Notes: generated by a model from the sequence alone, not told the origin. Positions 1-9,755 are shown, counted from the stretch's first letter. The stretch: DNA of 64,000 nucleotides from Candidatus Sabulitectum sp. (GCA_023145375.1 JAGLDY010000012.1:45861-109860), one strand, 5' to 3'. Translations and numbers: made by a program.

Positions 1-740
1 CAGTTATTCTGGCGCAGACTCCACTGGAGTTCGGCATTGTCCGTGATCTTGTGGGAGGAACTCCGAGAGTCAGTGTTTTCAGCATTAAAACAAGAAGTGT
101 TGACGGTGAGAACACTCTCCAGATAGCTGCCAGAGCAGGGATCACATTTGACTGTACCCGTCATACCATGCTTACCGACAGTATGACCGGTACTGACGTA
201 TTGATTGAAGGTCAGATATGTTACACAGCCTCCATTATGAAACCCACTGTGGAACACTTCTTTACAGTTATCAGGCAAAACATGTCCACATTAGGCAGCG
301 GTGGGATCACTCGGCTGCAGGTCGATCTTATTACATTCGATGAGATGGGGTGGATCTCAGTGATGATCCCTCTTTCCAGAGTTGACAGTCTTCTTGACGG
401 CAGTCTGACGCATCTTGAATTCTGGGCAATGACCCCTGTTCGCGAGGTGGAAGTAGGTACTGGCGGTTTTCCCGTGATCAACGACAGCCCTCTTCCAGAT
501 CTACACGGAGTCCCGGTGGAAGCAGTATTCGCAGAAGCAGTAGAGCAGGAAGGAAACCATGCCTGGAAATCTCTCGTTCTTCCAGGATGGGGGCAGTTAT
601 CTTCAGGCAGCGGTCTTCCAATAGTCAATATTCTGGCTGAAATAGGAGGGGCAGCCCTCCTCTTTACCGATGATTATATTGAGGTTGGTGTGGGGGCGCT
701 TGCTCTCAATCACCTGATCAGTTTCTCAGATCTGCTTTAA
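1..740 (+). CDS. hypothetical protein, 5'-truncated at the window edge (the frame is open back to position 1)
   Basis: No stop codon upstream of the GTG at 51 in this frame, so the gene probably starts outside the window. No family motif recognised. Confidence 0.3.
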   Translation, partial: VILAQTPLEFGIVRDLVGGTPRVSVFSIKTRSVDGENTLQIAARAGITFDCTRHTMLTDSMTGTDVLIEGQICYTASIMKPTVEHFFTVIRQNMSTLGSGGITRLQVDLITFDEMGWISVMIPLSRVDSLLDGSLTHLEFWAMTPVREVEVGTGGFPVINDSPLPDLHGVPVEAVFAEAVEQEGNHAWKSLVLPGWGQLSSGSGLPIVNILAEIGGAALLFTDDYIEVGVGALALNHLISFSDLL

Positions 741-753
741 AGAAAGGAGCAGC

Positions 754-1044
754 ATGAAATCTCTTGAAGGTTTTTTAATTCTGATAGGTGCTGCCCTGTG
801 GGGAGTGGCTTTCTTTTATGGAATTAATGCCGGTACCTGGATGCTTGGCAAGGTTGGAATTGTACTGATAGGACTGGCATTCGTTGTGAGAGTTATCGAG
901 TTTCTGATTCCCAATCGCAAACCGCAGCCCATACGCCCTAAAGGACCCTCCCGCAAGTGTCTTGTATGCGGGAAACCTGTGACATCAGGATCAAAGTACT
1001 GCAGTTACCACACCAAATATGGTCCGGAGGATGACAGACGCTGA
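754..1044 (+). CDS. small membrane protein with a C-terminal zinc-ribbon-like motif
   Basis: ATG at 754 preceded by AAAGGAG. Two hydrophobic helices (LILIGAALWGVAFFYGI, IVLIGLAFVVRVIEFLI). C-terminal CLVCGKP...YCSYH cysteine/histidine cluster. Confidence 0.5.
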   Translation: MKSLEGFLILIGAALWGVAFFYGINAGTWMLGKVGIVLIGLAFVVRVIEFLIPNRKPQPIRPKGPSRKCLVCGKPVTSGSKYCSYHTKYGPEDDRR

Positions 1045-2027
1045 GCAGGAACAGGATACTTGCAGTAGTTCTTTTCCTAACGGTTCTTCTCGCGGCAGGA
1101 TACCGGATCATCAACAGAACCTCAACTGTTGAGGTCAGTCGCACATTCCCGGTTCTGGGAACATTTGCCACTGTTATTGTAACTGTTGACCAGACCAGGT
1201 CTTCCATCCTTCCCGGGAAAGCAGATTCATTACTAAACCATCTTGATACCCAACTGGGACGGTACAGTAAAAGTGGACAGTTGTTCGATCTGAACACAAC
1301 CTTCAGTATTGATGCAAATACTGAGCTTGCCGGTCTTATCCGCATATCAGACACCATTGTCAGCGCTACAGGGAACAGTTTCGATCCCACCCTTGGGGCT
1401 CTTTCAGAAATATGGGGTTTTCCACAGCCTGAGACGGTACCGGACCCTCTGCTGATCCAGCAGGCTCTTCTCTTTACAGGCTGGGATGCAAGGGTGGACA
1501 TCAATGACGATTTCATAACTCTAGAACCCGGTACAGTGTTGGATCTTGGCGCAATTGCAAAAGGACACGCTGTGGACCGTACTTATGACCTGATGATGGA
1601 ACTGGGTGCAACCGAATGTCTTGTGGAGGTGGGAGGAGAGGTCAGGTGTGGTAGCTTAACCGGTAGAGTGTGGCACGTAGGAGTTCGTCATCCTCGAAGT
1701 GAGAGGCTGGCAGGTATTCTTGCAATAACTGAGGGAGCTGTGGCAACAAGTGGAGATTACGAGTGTTACTTCATTGAAGAGGGTGTAAGGTACAGTCATC
1801 TTCTGGATCCGGAGACAGGATTTCCTTCCATGAATGCAGCCAGCGCTACGGTTATTGCTGATGATTGCGCTACTGCGGATGCAATGGCTACCGCTGCGGT
1901 CGTTGCCGGTCCCGAGAGAGCGGTTGATTTTCACGCTGAGATGTATATCGGGATGCTGATAATAACAGCAGACCGGAACGATGTCTGTGAAACACACGAG
2001 TTCGGAGATGTTCCATGGGGAGAGTAG
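1041..2027 (+). CDS. apbE: FAD:protein FMN transferase (ApbE family), N-terminally membrane anchored. The start codon is uncertain.
   Basis: Family signatures TFPVLGTFATV near the N-terminus and GAIAKGHAVDR / SGDYE downstream. The frame is open from 1035 but has no ATG/GTG/TTG before 1281. A CTG at 1041 is the first possible start. Confidence 0.75.
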   Translation: MSRNRILAVVLFLTVLLAAGYRIINRTSTVEVSRTFPVLGTFATVIVTVDQTRSSILPGKADSLLNHLDTQLGRYSKSGQLFDLNTTFSIDANTELAGLIRISDTIVSATGNSFDPTLGALSEIWGFPQPETVPDPLLIQQALLFTGWDARVDINDDFITLEPGTVLDLGAIAKGHAVDRTYDLMMELGATECLVEVGGEVRCGSLTGRVWHVGVRHPRSERLAGILAITEGAVATSGDYECYFIEEGVRYSHLLDPETGFPSMNAASATVIADDCATADAMATAAVVAGPERAVDFHAEMYIGMLIITADRNDVCETHEFGDVPWGE

Positions 2028-2824
2028 AAAAGTGCGATATATGCCCCCATAGTTGCGTTTTCACGGAAAAGCACCCTGTTGGCAGATGCAGAGTACGGGG
2101 ACTGGGTAATCCCGGTTACGGAATGTGTGTGGGGCTTTCTGTTGATCCCATAGAGAAGAAACCCATATTCAATTTTCACCCTGGAGCCAGAGTTCTCTCA
2201 ACCGGTCCCAACGGATGTAATCTTACCTGTCTCAACTGTCAGAACTGGCATATCAGTCAGCAGAGGTCTACAGCGGTTCAATACCTTAGTCCCGAAGACC
2301 TGGCTGCCATGGCAATGGATAGAAGTGATGGACTTGCCTTCACATACACAGAACCCACGGTCTGGTATGAGTATGTAATGGACACCGCGCCACTGGTGAG
2401 AGAGAAGAACGGCATAGTTATTATGGTCTCCAACGGCTACGTGAACAGTGAGCCCCTGAAAGATCTTGTCTCGGTTACTGATGCGTGGAATATTGATCTG
2501 AAAGGCTGGAGCGATGAATTCTACAGAAAGATCTGCGGAGGAGACCTGATCACAGTAAAGAATTCCATTGAACAGGTTGCCCGGAGCAGCTGTCATCTGG
2601 AGCTTACCTGGCTTCTCATCCCCGGACATAATGATGATCCGAAACAGGTATCCGAGGCAGGCCGGTGGATAAAGGAAACAACAGGGGAGAACACCACCCT
2701 TCATGTGTCGAGGTACTTCCCAATGTACAAGATGGACATTCCCGCAACGCCAGTTCCTCTTCTGAACAAAACCGCAGATATTTTCAGAAAGTACCTCAGG
2801 AATGTCTATACGGGAAATGTTTAA
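2015..2824 (+). CDS. amrS: AmmeMemoRadiSam-system radical SAM enzyme (AmrS-like)
   Basis: N-terminal CDICPHSC...GRCRVRG motif, a CNLTCLNCQNW CxxxCxxC radical-SAM cluster, and a length of about 269 aa. Overlaps the apbE stop by 13 nt. Confidence 0.75.
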   Translation: MGRVEKCDICPHSCVFTEKHPVGRCRVRGLGNPGYGMCVGLSVDPIEKKPIFNFHPGARVLSTGPNGCNLTCLNCQNWHISQQRSTAVQYLSPEDLAAMAMDRSDGLAFTYTEPTVWYEYVMDTAPLVREKNGIVIMVSNGYVNSEPLKDLVSVTDAWNIDLKGWSDEFYRKICGGDLITVKNSIEQVARSSCHLELTWLLIPGHNDDPKQVSEAGRWIKETTGENTTLHVSRYFPMYKMDIPATPVPLLNKTADIFRKYLRNVYTGNV

Positions 2825-3164
2825 ACCCCTGGACGGGGTTCTTCTGCTGATGATACTTACAGTGGCTCTGTTCTGGAGCCAGTGCGACCGGGAGCACGGA
2901 ACAAAACCGGTGAGCCTCAGAATAGTCACATCGAATACTGACGACACGCTGAGCCTTTCCAGGGACACAGTGGTAGTAATGGAGCATCTTACAGTGGAGA
3001 TAAGAAACGAAACCGCCGCTATCACCCGTTCAGACTGTCGGACTCAGCAGTGTGTACGGACTGGTTTTATCACAAAACCGGGGCAGATGTCTGCCTGCAT
3101 GCCGAATGGGATATGGATCGAGATACTCGGTTCCGAGAAAACAACCGATGTTATCAGTTACTGA
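2802..3164 (+). CDS. NusG-domain-II-like small membrane/lipoprotein
   Basis: Motif DCRTQQCVRTGFITKPGQMSACMPNGIWIEI resembles NusG_II (DUF1312) proteins, which commonly sit next to ApbE. N-terminal hydrophobic anchor. Overlaps the amrS stop. Confidence 0.45.
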   Translation: MSIREMFKPLDGVLLLMILTVALFWSQCDREHGTKPVSLRIVTSNTDDTLSLSRDTVVVMEHLTVEIRNETAAITRSDCRTQQCVRTGFITKPGQMSACMPNGIWIEILGSEKTTDVISY

Positions 3165-3803
3165 TCAGAAAGCTGTTTTCAACTCTCCCCATGTGGTTGC
3201 ATCGAGGCTCTCTAAAGCGGGGGAAACTGCTATAAAGTAGTTTGACTGCCCTTCGCCGGGTATCCAGGGCTCCCAGAGGATGAAGTCATGGGTAAAAAAA
3301 CTGTGTGCTACTTCAGAGTTGTTGTCATCGCTGATGATGGAAGGCCAGCCTCCAGAGCTTAATTCTGTATTGGCCAGGACCCAGAAGTTTGTATTCACCA
3401 TCAATGGTGTAGAGTAAATAGTAAAAACAGGAGCATAGTGTGTTGCGTTAAGGCGGGTCTGATCCAGTTGAACAAGAGGAGCCTGAGGATCTCCGTTCCA
3501 TATCTCGCTGTAGAAATCAGAGGTGTCCCATGGATATTGTGAATCGTGGTAAAACCATGTTTCAGTTTCCAGTAATGCTGCTCCGCCACTCCAACCGGGC
3601 ATAAAATCTTCCAGGTTGAACCAGACACCCTTATAAATGCCCTCGTAAGCGAACCACTCCGGGGTTCCATTGTCGTATCTTAACCAGTCACTGTCGGCTC
3701 TGTTCACCGGGCTCAGATCAATTGCGCTTTGAGCAAAAGAGGCTGCTGAACAAGCAACCGTCAGCACTATCAGTATTATTTTCATACCGTACCTTCCATC
3801 CAT
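3165..3803 (-). CDS. secreted hypothetical protein
   Basis: Signal peptide MKIILIVLTVACSAASFAQSA. AGGAGG lies 10 nt upstream of the ATG at 3803. The alternative ATG at 3785 also has an SD. Confidence 0.5.
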   Translation of the reverse strand: MDGRYGMKIILIVLTVACSAASFAQSAIDLSPVNRADSDWLRYDNGTPEWFAYEGIYKGVWFNLEDFMPGWSGGAALLETETWFYHDSQYPWDTSDFYSEIWNGDPQAPLVQLDQTRLNATHYAPVFTIYSTPLMVNTNFWVLANTELSSGGWPSIISDDNNSEVAHSFFTHDFILWEPWIPGEGQSNYFIAVSPALESLDATTWGELKTAF

Positions 3804-3928
3804 CTTTATCAATCCTCCTGATAATGATATAGAAGTTTTGTGGATTTGAGTCAATCTGAGGAGAGTTGGTGATTATGATGCAATTCGGCATATTCACTGA
3901 GCAGATTTATTAACAGAGGAGGTAATTC

Positions 3929-4582
3929 ATGGGGCAGGTCAGAAGCAGTGAGGATTTGAGGGTTCGTCTTCAGCAGTCTTCCGGGGAAGAGATTCTTGCA
4001 TTTGGATGGGGTACCCTGGGCATGAAGAATGTGTTCGTGGCACTTACCCCGTCAGCACTGTTTCTGGAATTCATCTCCTTTACCGGGAACACAAAGGAGT
4101 CGCGGAGAATCTCTTTTGAAGAACTGGAATTTCTCAATGCCATTGCCGGCGATGCTTCAACTCCCAAACTGATGAAGCTGAACCTGGAGTCAAGAATTAA
4201 CGAGGCAATGACCGGCACTCTTATCTACAAAGAGCGCCAGGGGAAGCTCATTCACATTCTGTTCAGAAAAATGCCCAACCATGACTCTAACAACAAGGCT
4301 CCCTTCAGGATAACAGAACAGCTTGCGGCAAGAAAACCTGAACTGGTCCGAATGCCTGACCTGAAGAATGTGCGAGAGCCACAGTCGAAGGGCGGGTGTT
4401 TTCGACGGTTCGCAATTCTAACTCTTGTTCTTACTGTGGTTATAACACTTTTAATGGGTTTTCTACTGCAGGAAGGATGGACCATGGCATTGATCGTTGG
4501 TTTTTCTACAGCCATCATTCTTGGCGGGGCTTTCGCTCCGCTTATACCTGTCTTCAAGAGAATGATAACCGGGCAGGGGTAA
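3929..4582 (+). CDS. membrane protein with a PH/GRAM-like N-terminal region and a C-terminal TM hairpin
   Basis: GAGGAGG SD upstream of the ATG at 3929. C-terminal TM segments ILTLVLTVVITLLMGFLL and ALIVGFSTAIILGGAFAPLIPVF. Confidence 0.5.
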   Translation: MGQVRSSEDLRVRLQQSSGEEILAFGWGTLGMKNVFVALTPSALFLEFISFTGNTKESRRISFEELEFLNAIAGDASTPKLMKLNLESRINEAMTGTLIYKERQGKLIHILFRKMPNHDSNNKAPFRITEQLAARKPELVRMPDLKNVREPQSKGGCFRRFAILTLVLTVVITLLMGFLLQEGWTMALIVGFSTAIILGGAFAPLIPVFKRMITGQG

Positions 4583-4903
4583 CTTAACCCCACAAGAACT
4601 ACCTGTGCAGTCGGGTACGCCACGGAGAACCGCATCCCTGTATGGAGATCAGGGAGGAGGCAGTTCCCTTGTGGAAGCAGGTGTACTGCTTGCAGGAGAC
4701 CCAAGTCCGTTCAAGGCAAGACCACTGTTAATGATCGCACTTGCTCAGCCCGCTATGAGCCATGGTGAACTGGAACTGCTCTTTCAAACCCGCTGACAAG
4801 AGTTGTTATAGATATGTTATGTATCAAAAGCTATTGCACTATAATTGTTTTTCCCTTATTTTGAACTCCTGTCTCGCTGGTGTTCATAAAAAAGGAGGTT
4901 CTA

Positions 4904-7036
4904 ATGTCAGTCAAGTTATTGATAAAGCCTCTGCTTTTGGCGGTGCTTGTTTTTTCAGCACCAACTATGGCGGAATCATCCTGGTTCTGGCAGCATCCAT
5001 TCCCTACAGGTTCCCATATCAACGGGATTCAATTCATTGATGACGACAACGGATGGATAGTTACTTCTCTAGGAGCTGTATTAGGCACAAACGATGGTGG
5101 AAACAGCTGGGAAGAACTTTACCGGATCCCTTCCGGTCTGGTTCCTCTTAATTGTGTTTTTTTTGGGAATACCGATGAGGGATGGGCATGCGGCAATAAC
5201 GGAACACTGCTTCACACGGTTGACGGAGGAAACAACTGGATTTCCTCCAATCCGGTTACCACACATCTCCTGTCCATCGAATTCAGTGATAACAACTATG
5301 GGACCATAGTTGGAGCATCTGGGGTGATTCTGCGCACAATGGACGGAGGAAGTTCCTGGCAGTCACAGGGGAGCGGTATTGTCTATCCGATCTTTGATGT
5401 TTCCTTTATCAGCCCTGCTATCGGCTGGGCAACCGGAACAACAGGAAAAATACTGAACACGATAACCGCCGGTGCTTTCTGGCAGGAATTAAATACAGGT
5501 ATTCCGGCGAGTTATACTGGTATCCATTTTTTCGATGACTCACATGGTTTTGCTGCAGGCGGTGAATACATTGCCCATACCTCTGATGGTCTAACCTGGT
5601 CTGTTGCACTGTATGAAGCCGGGGCTGCCTTCTCTGATATCGACTTCAATGGCTTACTGGGAGCTGTGCCAGGGATGGCTGCTGTAGCTGTAACAGAGAA
5701 CGAAGGTGGTTCATGGAGTTATGAAGCAATGCCTGATCACCCGCTCTGGCCACTGGAACCGGGTTTAAACTGTGTTACAGTTCCCAGTGAATCAGAAGTT
5801 CTAGCTTCCGGTGATTACGGAATTATATACTCTCGACAATCATCAGGAAGCTGGAACCAGAGTTCCAGCCATGAAACACTTGCAGATCTATGCGGAATTA
5901 CGCATTTCGACCCTTATCGTGTCTGGAGCTGCGGTGAAGGCGGCATTATTATGAAATCCAGTGATGGCGGAGCAAACTGGGAGAGTCAGGTAATTGATGC
6001 AGATTATTCCCTGCGCGATATTTGCTTTCCAACGTCCCTTATTGGATACTGTGTGGGAGCATCTTCCAACGGAGCAGTTATTCTAAAGTCAGTTGATTCA
6101 GGTTCCAACTGGGCAGAAATAACCCCTTCAGTTCCTCAGAACAGCTGGTTTCAATCTGTTGATTTCCTTAATGAGGACTGTGGAGTTGCCACCGGCTCGT
6201 ACGGCATGATCCGATGCACCACAGACGGAGGCGCAAGCTGGGTCGAGAAAGCGGGTTTTGGAACCAACTCGTTTTCAAGGGTTTCTTTCGGGAACACAGA
6301 TAGAGGCTGGATCGTGGGTGAAGGTGGCAGGATAGTCTGTTTCGATTTCAACAGTGATTCATGGTCTGAACAGTCCAGCGAGATGACCCATGCCCTTCAC
6401 GGCTTGTTTGTTTTGAATGCGGATACCGCCTGGGCTGTGGGATGGAGTGGAACAGTTCTTCGTACACTGGATGCAGGTGGTTTCTGGGAAACTGTGCATA
6501 GTACAGGTAGCAATGCTTTCAATGATGCATGGTTTGCGGATAATGGAATGGATGGGTATTTAACAGGTTACAATGGAGAAAATTACGGTGTTACCGATGA
6601 CGGAGGATTTACTATTACCTATTGGGGCTCGTATTCTCCAATGAGGAATCAACTGTCGGAAATATCCTTTATTGATGTGGACAACGGATGGGGTTGCGGT
6701 GACTACGGGAGAATACTTCGTTTTGGTGAAGACCCAACCGGGGTGGTAAATAATAACCATTCTATTCATCCAGCTCCTGCAACAGGCATGCTGGCCAGTC
6801 CCAATCCCTTCACCGCTTCCTCGGCAGTATCCTTTACACTTCAGGTGGAGTGTTTTGTGAATCTTGATCTGTATGATCTCTCCGGCCGCAAAGTGCAAAC
6901 CATTCAGTCGGGAATTCTGCCCCGCGGAGGGCACAGCATGATTGTCAGAGGAGAGTCTCTGGCTCCGGGAATGTACTTCCTGAAACTTAATGCAGGGGGT
7001 ATATCAGAGACTGGGACCATGGTGAGGATCCCCTGA
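4904..7036 (+). CDS. BNR/Asp-box repeat (Ycf48-like beta-propeller) secreted protein with a T9SS C-terminal sorting domain
   Basis: AAGGAGG SD, then ATG at 4904 and a signal peptide. At least 8 S/DxDGGxxW Asp-box repeats (DGGNSWEEL, DGGNNWIS, DGGSSWQS, DGGANWES, DSGSNWAE, DGGASWVE and others). C-terminus SPNPFT...LDLYDLSGRKV...GMYFLKL is a typical Por/T9SS CTD. Confidence 0.8.
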   Translation: MSVKLLIKPLLLAVLVFSAPTMAESSWFWQHPFPTGSHINGIQFIDDDNGWIVTSLGAVLGTNDGGNSWEELYRIPSGLVPLNCVFFGNTDEGWACGNNGTLLHTVDGGNNWISSNPVTTHLLSIEFSDNNYGTIVGASGVILRTMDGGSSWQSQGSGIVYPIFDVSFISPAIGWATGTTGKILNTITAGAFWQELNTGIPASYTGIHFFDDSHGFAAGGEYIAHTSDGLTWSVALYEAGAAFSDIDFNGLLGAVPGMAAVAVTENEGGSWSYEAMPDHPLWPLEPGLNCVTVPSESEVLASGDYGIIYSRQSSGSWNQSSSHETLADLCGITHFDPYRVWSCGEGGIIMKSSDGGANWESQVIDADYSLRDICFPTSLIGYCVGASSNGAVILKSVDSGSNWAEITPSVPQNSWFQSVDFLNEDCGVATGSYGMIRCTTDGGASWVEKAGFGTNSFSRVSFGNTDRGWIVGEGGRIVCFDFNSDSWSEQSSEMTHALHGLFVLNADTAWAVGWSGTVLRTLDAGGFWETVHSTGSNAFNDAWFADNGMDGYLTGYNGENYGVTDDGGFTITYWGSYSPMRNQLSEISFIDVDNGWGCGDYGRILRFGEDPTGVVNNNHSIHPAPATGMLASPNPFTASSAVSFTLQVECFVNLDLYDLSGRKVQTIQSGILPRGGHSMIVRGESLAPGMYFLKLNAGGISETGTMVRIP

Positions 7037-7086
7037 TACCCGGCAAGGGTATACCTGAGAAGCTGTCACTGGCTGTCATCTGGTTG

Positions 7087-9690
7087 ATGGCCTTTGCGGT
7101 TCCTCTTGCGATCATTCCAGGAAGCTATAACTCTGCTCTGATCAAGCTTCTTGTTTTTACACTGGGCGCTGGTCTTCTGCTTCTTCTTCTCGGTTTGAAA
7201 ATGATCAGGGATCCTTTTCTTCCAGAGAATCTTCCCGTTATTCTTCTTCTTCTTATTCCGGCGGTTACTGCTCTTCATCTTTATGCACCGTCAAATCCCG
7301 GTGTTACCAGGATGCTTCTTGTCTCATCAGCAGTTGCTCTATTCATCTCAATAAGATCTTTCAGTATGGCGAGAAGGAAGATCCTTATCCCTTTGCTTAC
7401 CGGTGGTACTTTTGCAATCCTTGTGACACTTCTTATGCCTTCATCCACACAGAGACTTGCCGGTGTTTTCAGCAATGCGAATCTGCTTGGCAGTTTTACC
7501 GCAGGACTGCTTCCTGCTGGTTTTGCCTTTCTCTTTGGAAGGGGCTGGAAGCGGATCTCGCTGATTTTCCTTTTTACTGTGATCTGCGGTACTGCATTGT
7601 ATTTGAGTGGAACACGCAGCAGCGTAATAGCTCTGGCAGGTGGAGTAACTGCTGTCCTTTTCCTTCGCTGGAAACCCGAACTTCTTAAATTCTTTATTCT
7701 CCTCTTTCTTCTTGCGGTAGGTATTCTGGTGTTCCTTCCGCAGATTCCGGTACCTGAAATGGAAGGGACACCGGGAGTCAGGCAGGTAATATGGGAGGGG
7801 ACATCAGAAATGTTCCTGCAGAAACCGATCCTGGGATGGGGAAGTGGATCTTTTCAACTGCTTTTTCCTCGATTCAGGGCTTCTGATTTTCTGGAGAGAG
7901 GAGTGTCAACCAACACAGTGCATGCCCACAGTGAGCCTCTTGAGATACTGGCAGAAAATGGCCTCATTGGATTTATTCTCCTTTCTGCGTTGATGATAGT
8001 TTTGTTGAAGCAGGGAATGAACTGTAAAGAGAAAACCATTACAGAGTGGGGTGTGATCACGGCTGTTGCAGTTCTTCTGCTTGAAGGACTTACTTCTGTG
8101 GCTCTAAGGTGGACAACATCGGTTTACCTGCTTGCAATGCTGGCGTCTCTATTGCCTGCACGGCAGCCACCCATCATGAAAAAACTGCCCCGCTGGACAG
8201 CCATTCTACCTATTGCTGCAGGAATTCTTCTTCTTCTCCCTGGAGGATACAAAGCGTACAGAATGACTAGATCATCCATTCTCCTGAATTCAGCGATGAC
8301 GGCCCTGTCAACCGGTGAAGCAGATGAAACTGCGCGGGAGTTTTGTGTTGCATCGCTAAGGTACAATTCATGGGAACTGGGTAGCTGGTACACTCTGGGA
8401 AACATTTATGGACAGGAGGCTTCATCGGCTGCAGATGTTCAAACGGCTGTTGAGCTGCTTGAAAGCCAGCTAGACGCCTACGACTCTCTTGCAGTCAGAG
8501 CGGGAGATTTCGCGTGGATGCGTGTGAATAGGATTGACGCTTTCCTCAAGCTTGGTCAGTTCAACAGAGCCATGGATGATGTGATCTATATCTACAGACA
8601 CAGAAATGACCTGAAAGACTTCTGCTTAGAGATCGGTTACTCCATAACACCTCTGGTATCGCCGGGAAGAGCATTTGAGTTCATGAATCTAGTTTTTCTT
8701 GATGTTCTTGTGGATGAAGCAGAGATTGGCTGGAGAACCACTGGCCAGAGGGCAATACAGATGGAGTCCAGCATTCTAACAACATTTGCTCTTGCTGCTG
8801 TTCATGCCCCTGAAGCGGTGGACGGGATGAAGCAAACTGCGGATTCTATTCTTACCACCTGCAGTGATTCATTGAGAAACAGGTTGATGATCTCCATCGA
8901 AATGGAACTGCAGAAAGCCGAAAGTGGATATGACCTGCTTGAAAGGTATATCGCAGGCGACATGGAAGGACTGGAGGAGGAGTGTCTCGAGGTTTTGGAA
9001 GATGAGACGGTTTATGCAGCCTTTCACAGAGTTGTGTTGTGCCTTGCAGCACTGGAGAACCCCAATTCGGATTATGCGGAGATGTCTTATGAGAATTCAA
9101 TCGTTCTGGCACAAGCCTGTTATCCGCTGGTATCATGGTATCCGGGAGCAGGAGAGTTGTTTCTGGCAGCTGCAGTAAGATCAGGCGGGGATCATGTGCT
9201 GCAGTACTTCAAGTTTGCCTGTGAGATCGATTCCTACGGGATGTCGGTGATGAACTCATTCAGAAATTGCTACGTTAACCAGCCGCCCGTGGAAGCTCTT
9301 AAGTTCTGGTATGCTAATGGTGGTCCTCATGCTTCTATCACATTTGTTTCTCCCACGGGATTGCTTGTTCCTGATGGCGAGACCAGAAAATTACTTCAGC
9401 TGGCATCCGCGGAATCAACGGTTTTCCGGATCACGACTCACTTTATCCTAAGTAGTCTTGCAGCATCGTCATCAGGTGCAGATAGTGAATTCATTGTATC
9501 CACTGCAATTCTGAGACTTCTAAGCCAGCAGCAGGAACTTGCAGAGGTGTATGGAGAAGAAGAGGCTGAAAGGACAGTATCAGGAATTCTCAACAGGGAA
9601 ATTGAGTACCTCAAAAGTGGTCATTTCAGAGCTGAGACAGAAGTAACTGCCAGGCAGTTGAGATCAGCATTTCAGAGTGGGATCATTTGA
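7087..9690 (+). CDS. O-antigen ligase-like (Wzy_C) polytopic membrane protein fused to a large C-terminal TPR-like soluble domain
   Basis: About 10 TM helices, then the Wzy_C signature NTVHAHSEPLEILAENGLIGFILL, then about 450 aa of helical repeat region. Confidence 0.7.
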   Translation: MAFAVPLAIIPGSYNSALIKLLVFTLGAGLLLLLLGLKMIRDPFLPENLPVILLLLIPAVTALHLYAPSNPGVTRMLLVSSAVALFISIRSFSMARRKILIPLLTGGTFAILVTLLMPSSTQRLAGVFSNANLLGSFTAGLLPAGFAFLFGRGWKRISLIFLFTVICGTALYLSGTRSSVIALAGGVTAVLFLRWKPELLKFFILLFLLAVGILVFLPQIPVPEMEGTPGVRQVIWEGTSEMFLQKPILGWGSGSFQLLFPRFRASDFLERGVSTNTVHAHSEPLEILAENGLIGFILLSALMIVLLKQGMNCKEKTITEWGVITAVAVLLLEGLTSVALRWTTSVYLLAMLASLLPARQPPIMKKLPRWTAILPIAAGILLLLPGGYKAYRMTRSSILLNSAMTALSTGEADETAREFCVASLRYNSWELGSWYTLGNIYGQEASSAADVQTAVELLESQLDAYDSLAVRAGDFAWMRVNRIDAFLKLGQFNRAMDDVIYIYRHRNDLKDFCLEIGYSITPLVSPGRAFEFMNLVFLDVLVDEAEIGWRTTGQRAIQMESSILTTFALAAVHAPEAVDGMKQTADSILTTCSDSLRNRLMISIEMELQKAESGYDLLERYIAGDMEGLEEECLEVLEDETVYAAFHRVVLCLAALENPNSDYAEMSYENSIVLAQACYPLVSWYPGAGELFLAAAVRSGGDHVLQYFKFACEIDSYGMSVMNSFRNCYVNQPPVEALKFWYANGGPHASITFVSPTGLLVPDGETRKLLQLASAESTVFRITTHFILSSLAASSSGADSEFIVSTAILRLLSQQQELAEVYGEEEAERTVSGILNREIEYLKSGHFRAETEVTARQLRSAFQSGII

Positions 9691-9755
9691 CCTGGAGTTA
9701 CTCATGGAAACAATTCTCTGAGTCTCTGAGCAAGCTTTCTCAATAGTCCTTAACG

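Noticed and set aside
221-628. 135-aa minus-strand ORF
   Set aside because: It is antisense to the longer plus-strand ORF at 1..740, is low-complexity and proline/serine/threonine-rich, and is likely spurious.
938-1516. 192-aa minus-strand ORF
   Set aside because: It lies entirely antisense to the well-supported ApbE gene. It has no SD and its composition is typical of a shadow ORF.
4600-4760. Possible SRP (4.5S) RNA because of a GGAAGCAGG motif and hairpins
   Set aside because: The arrangement of the CAGG / GNRA tetraloop / AGCAG elements does not match SRP helix 8. I cannot support any ncRNA class from sequence alone.
4252-4796. Small ORFs (150 aa on the minus strand, 63 aa on the plus strand) in or overlapping the 3929 gene and its downstream leader
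   Set aside because: They overlap a better-supported gene, or lie in a structured intergenic leader without SD support.
7027-7050. ATACCC-GGCAA-GGGTAT hairpin after the BNR gene
   Set aside because: It is a perfect 6-bp stem but has no U-tract. The next gene starts 35 nt later and is probably co-transcribed, so I did not call a terminator.
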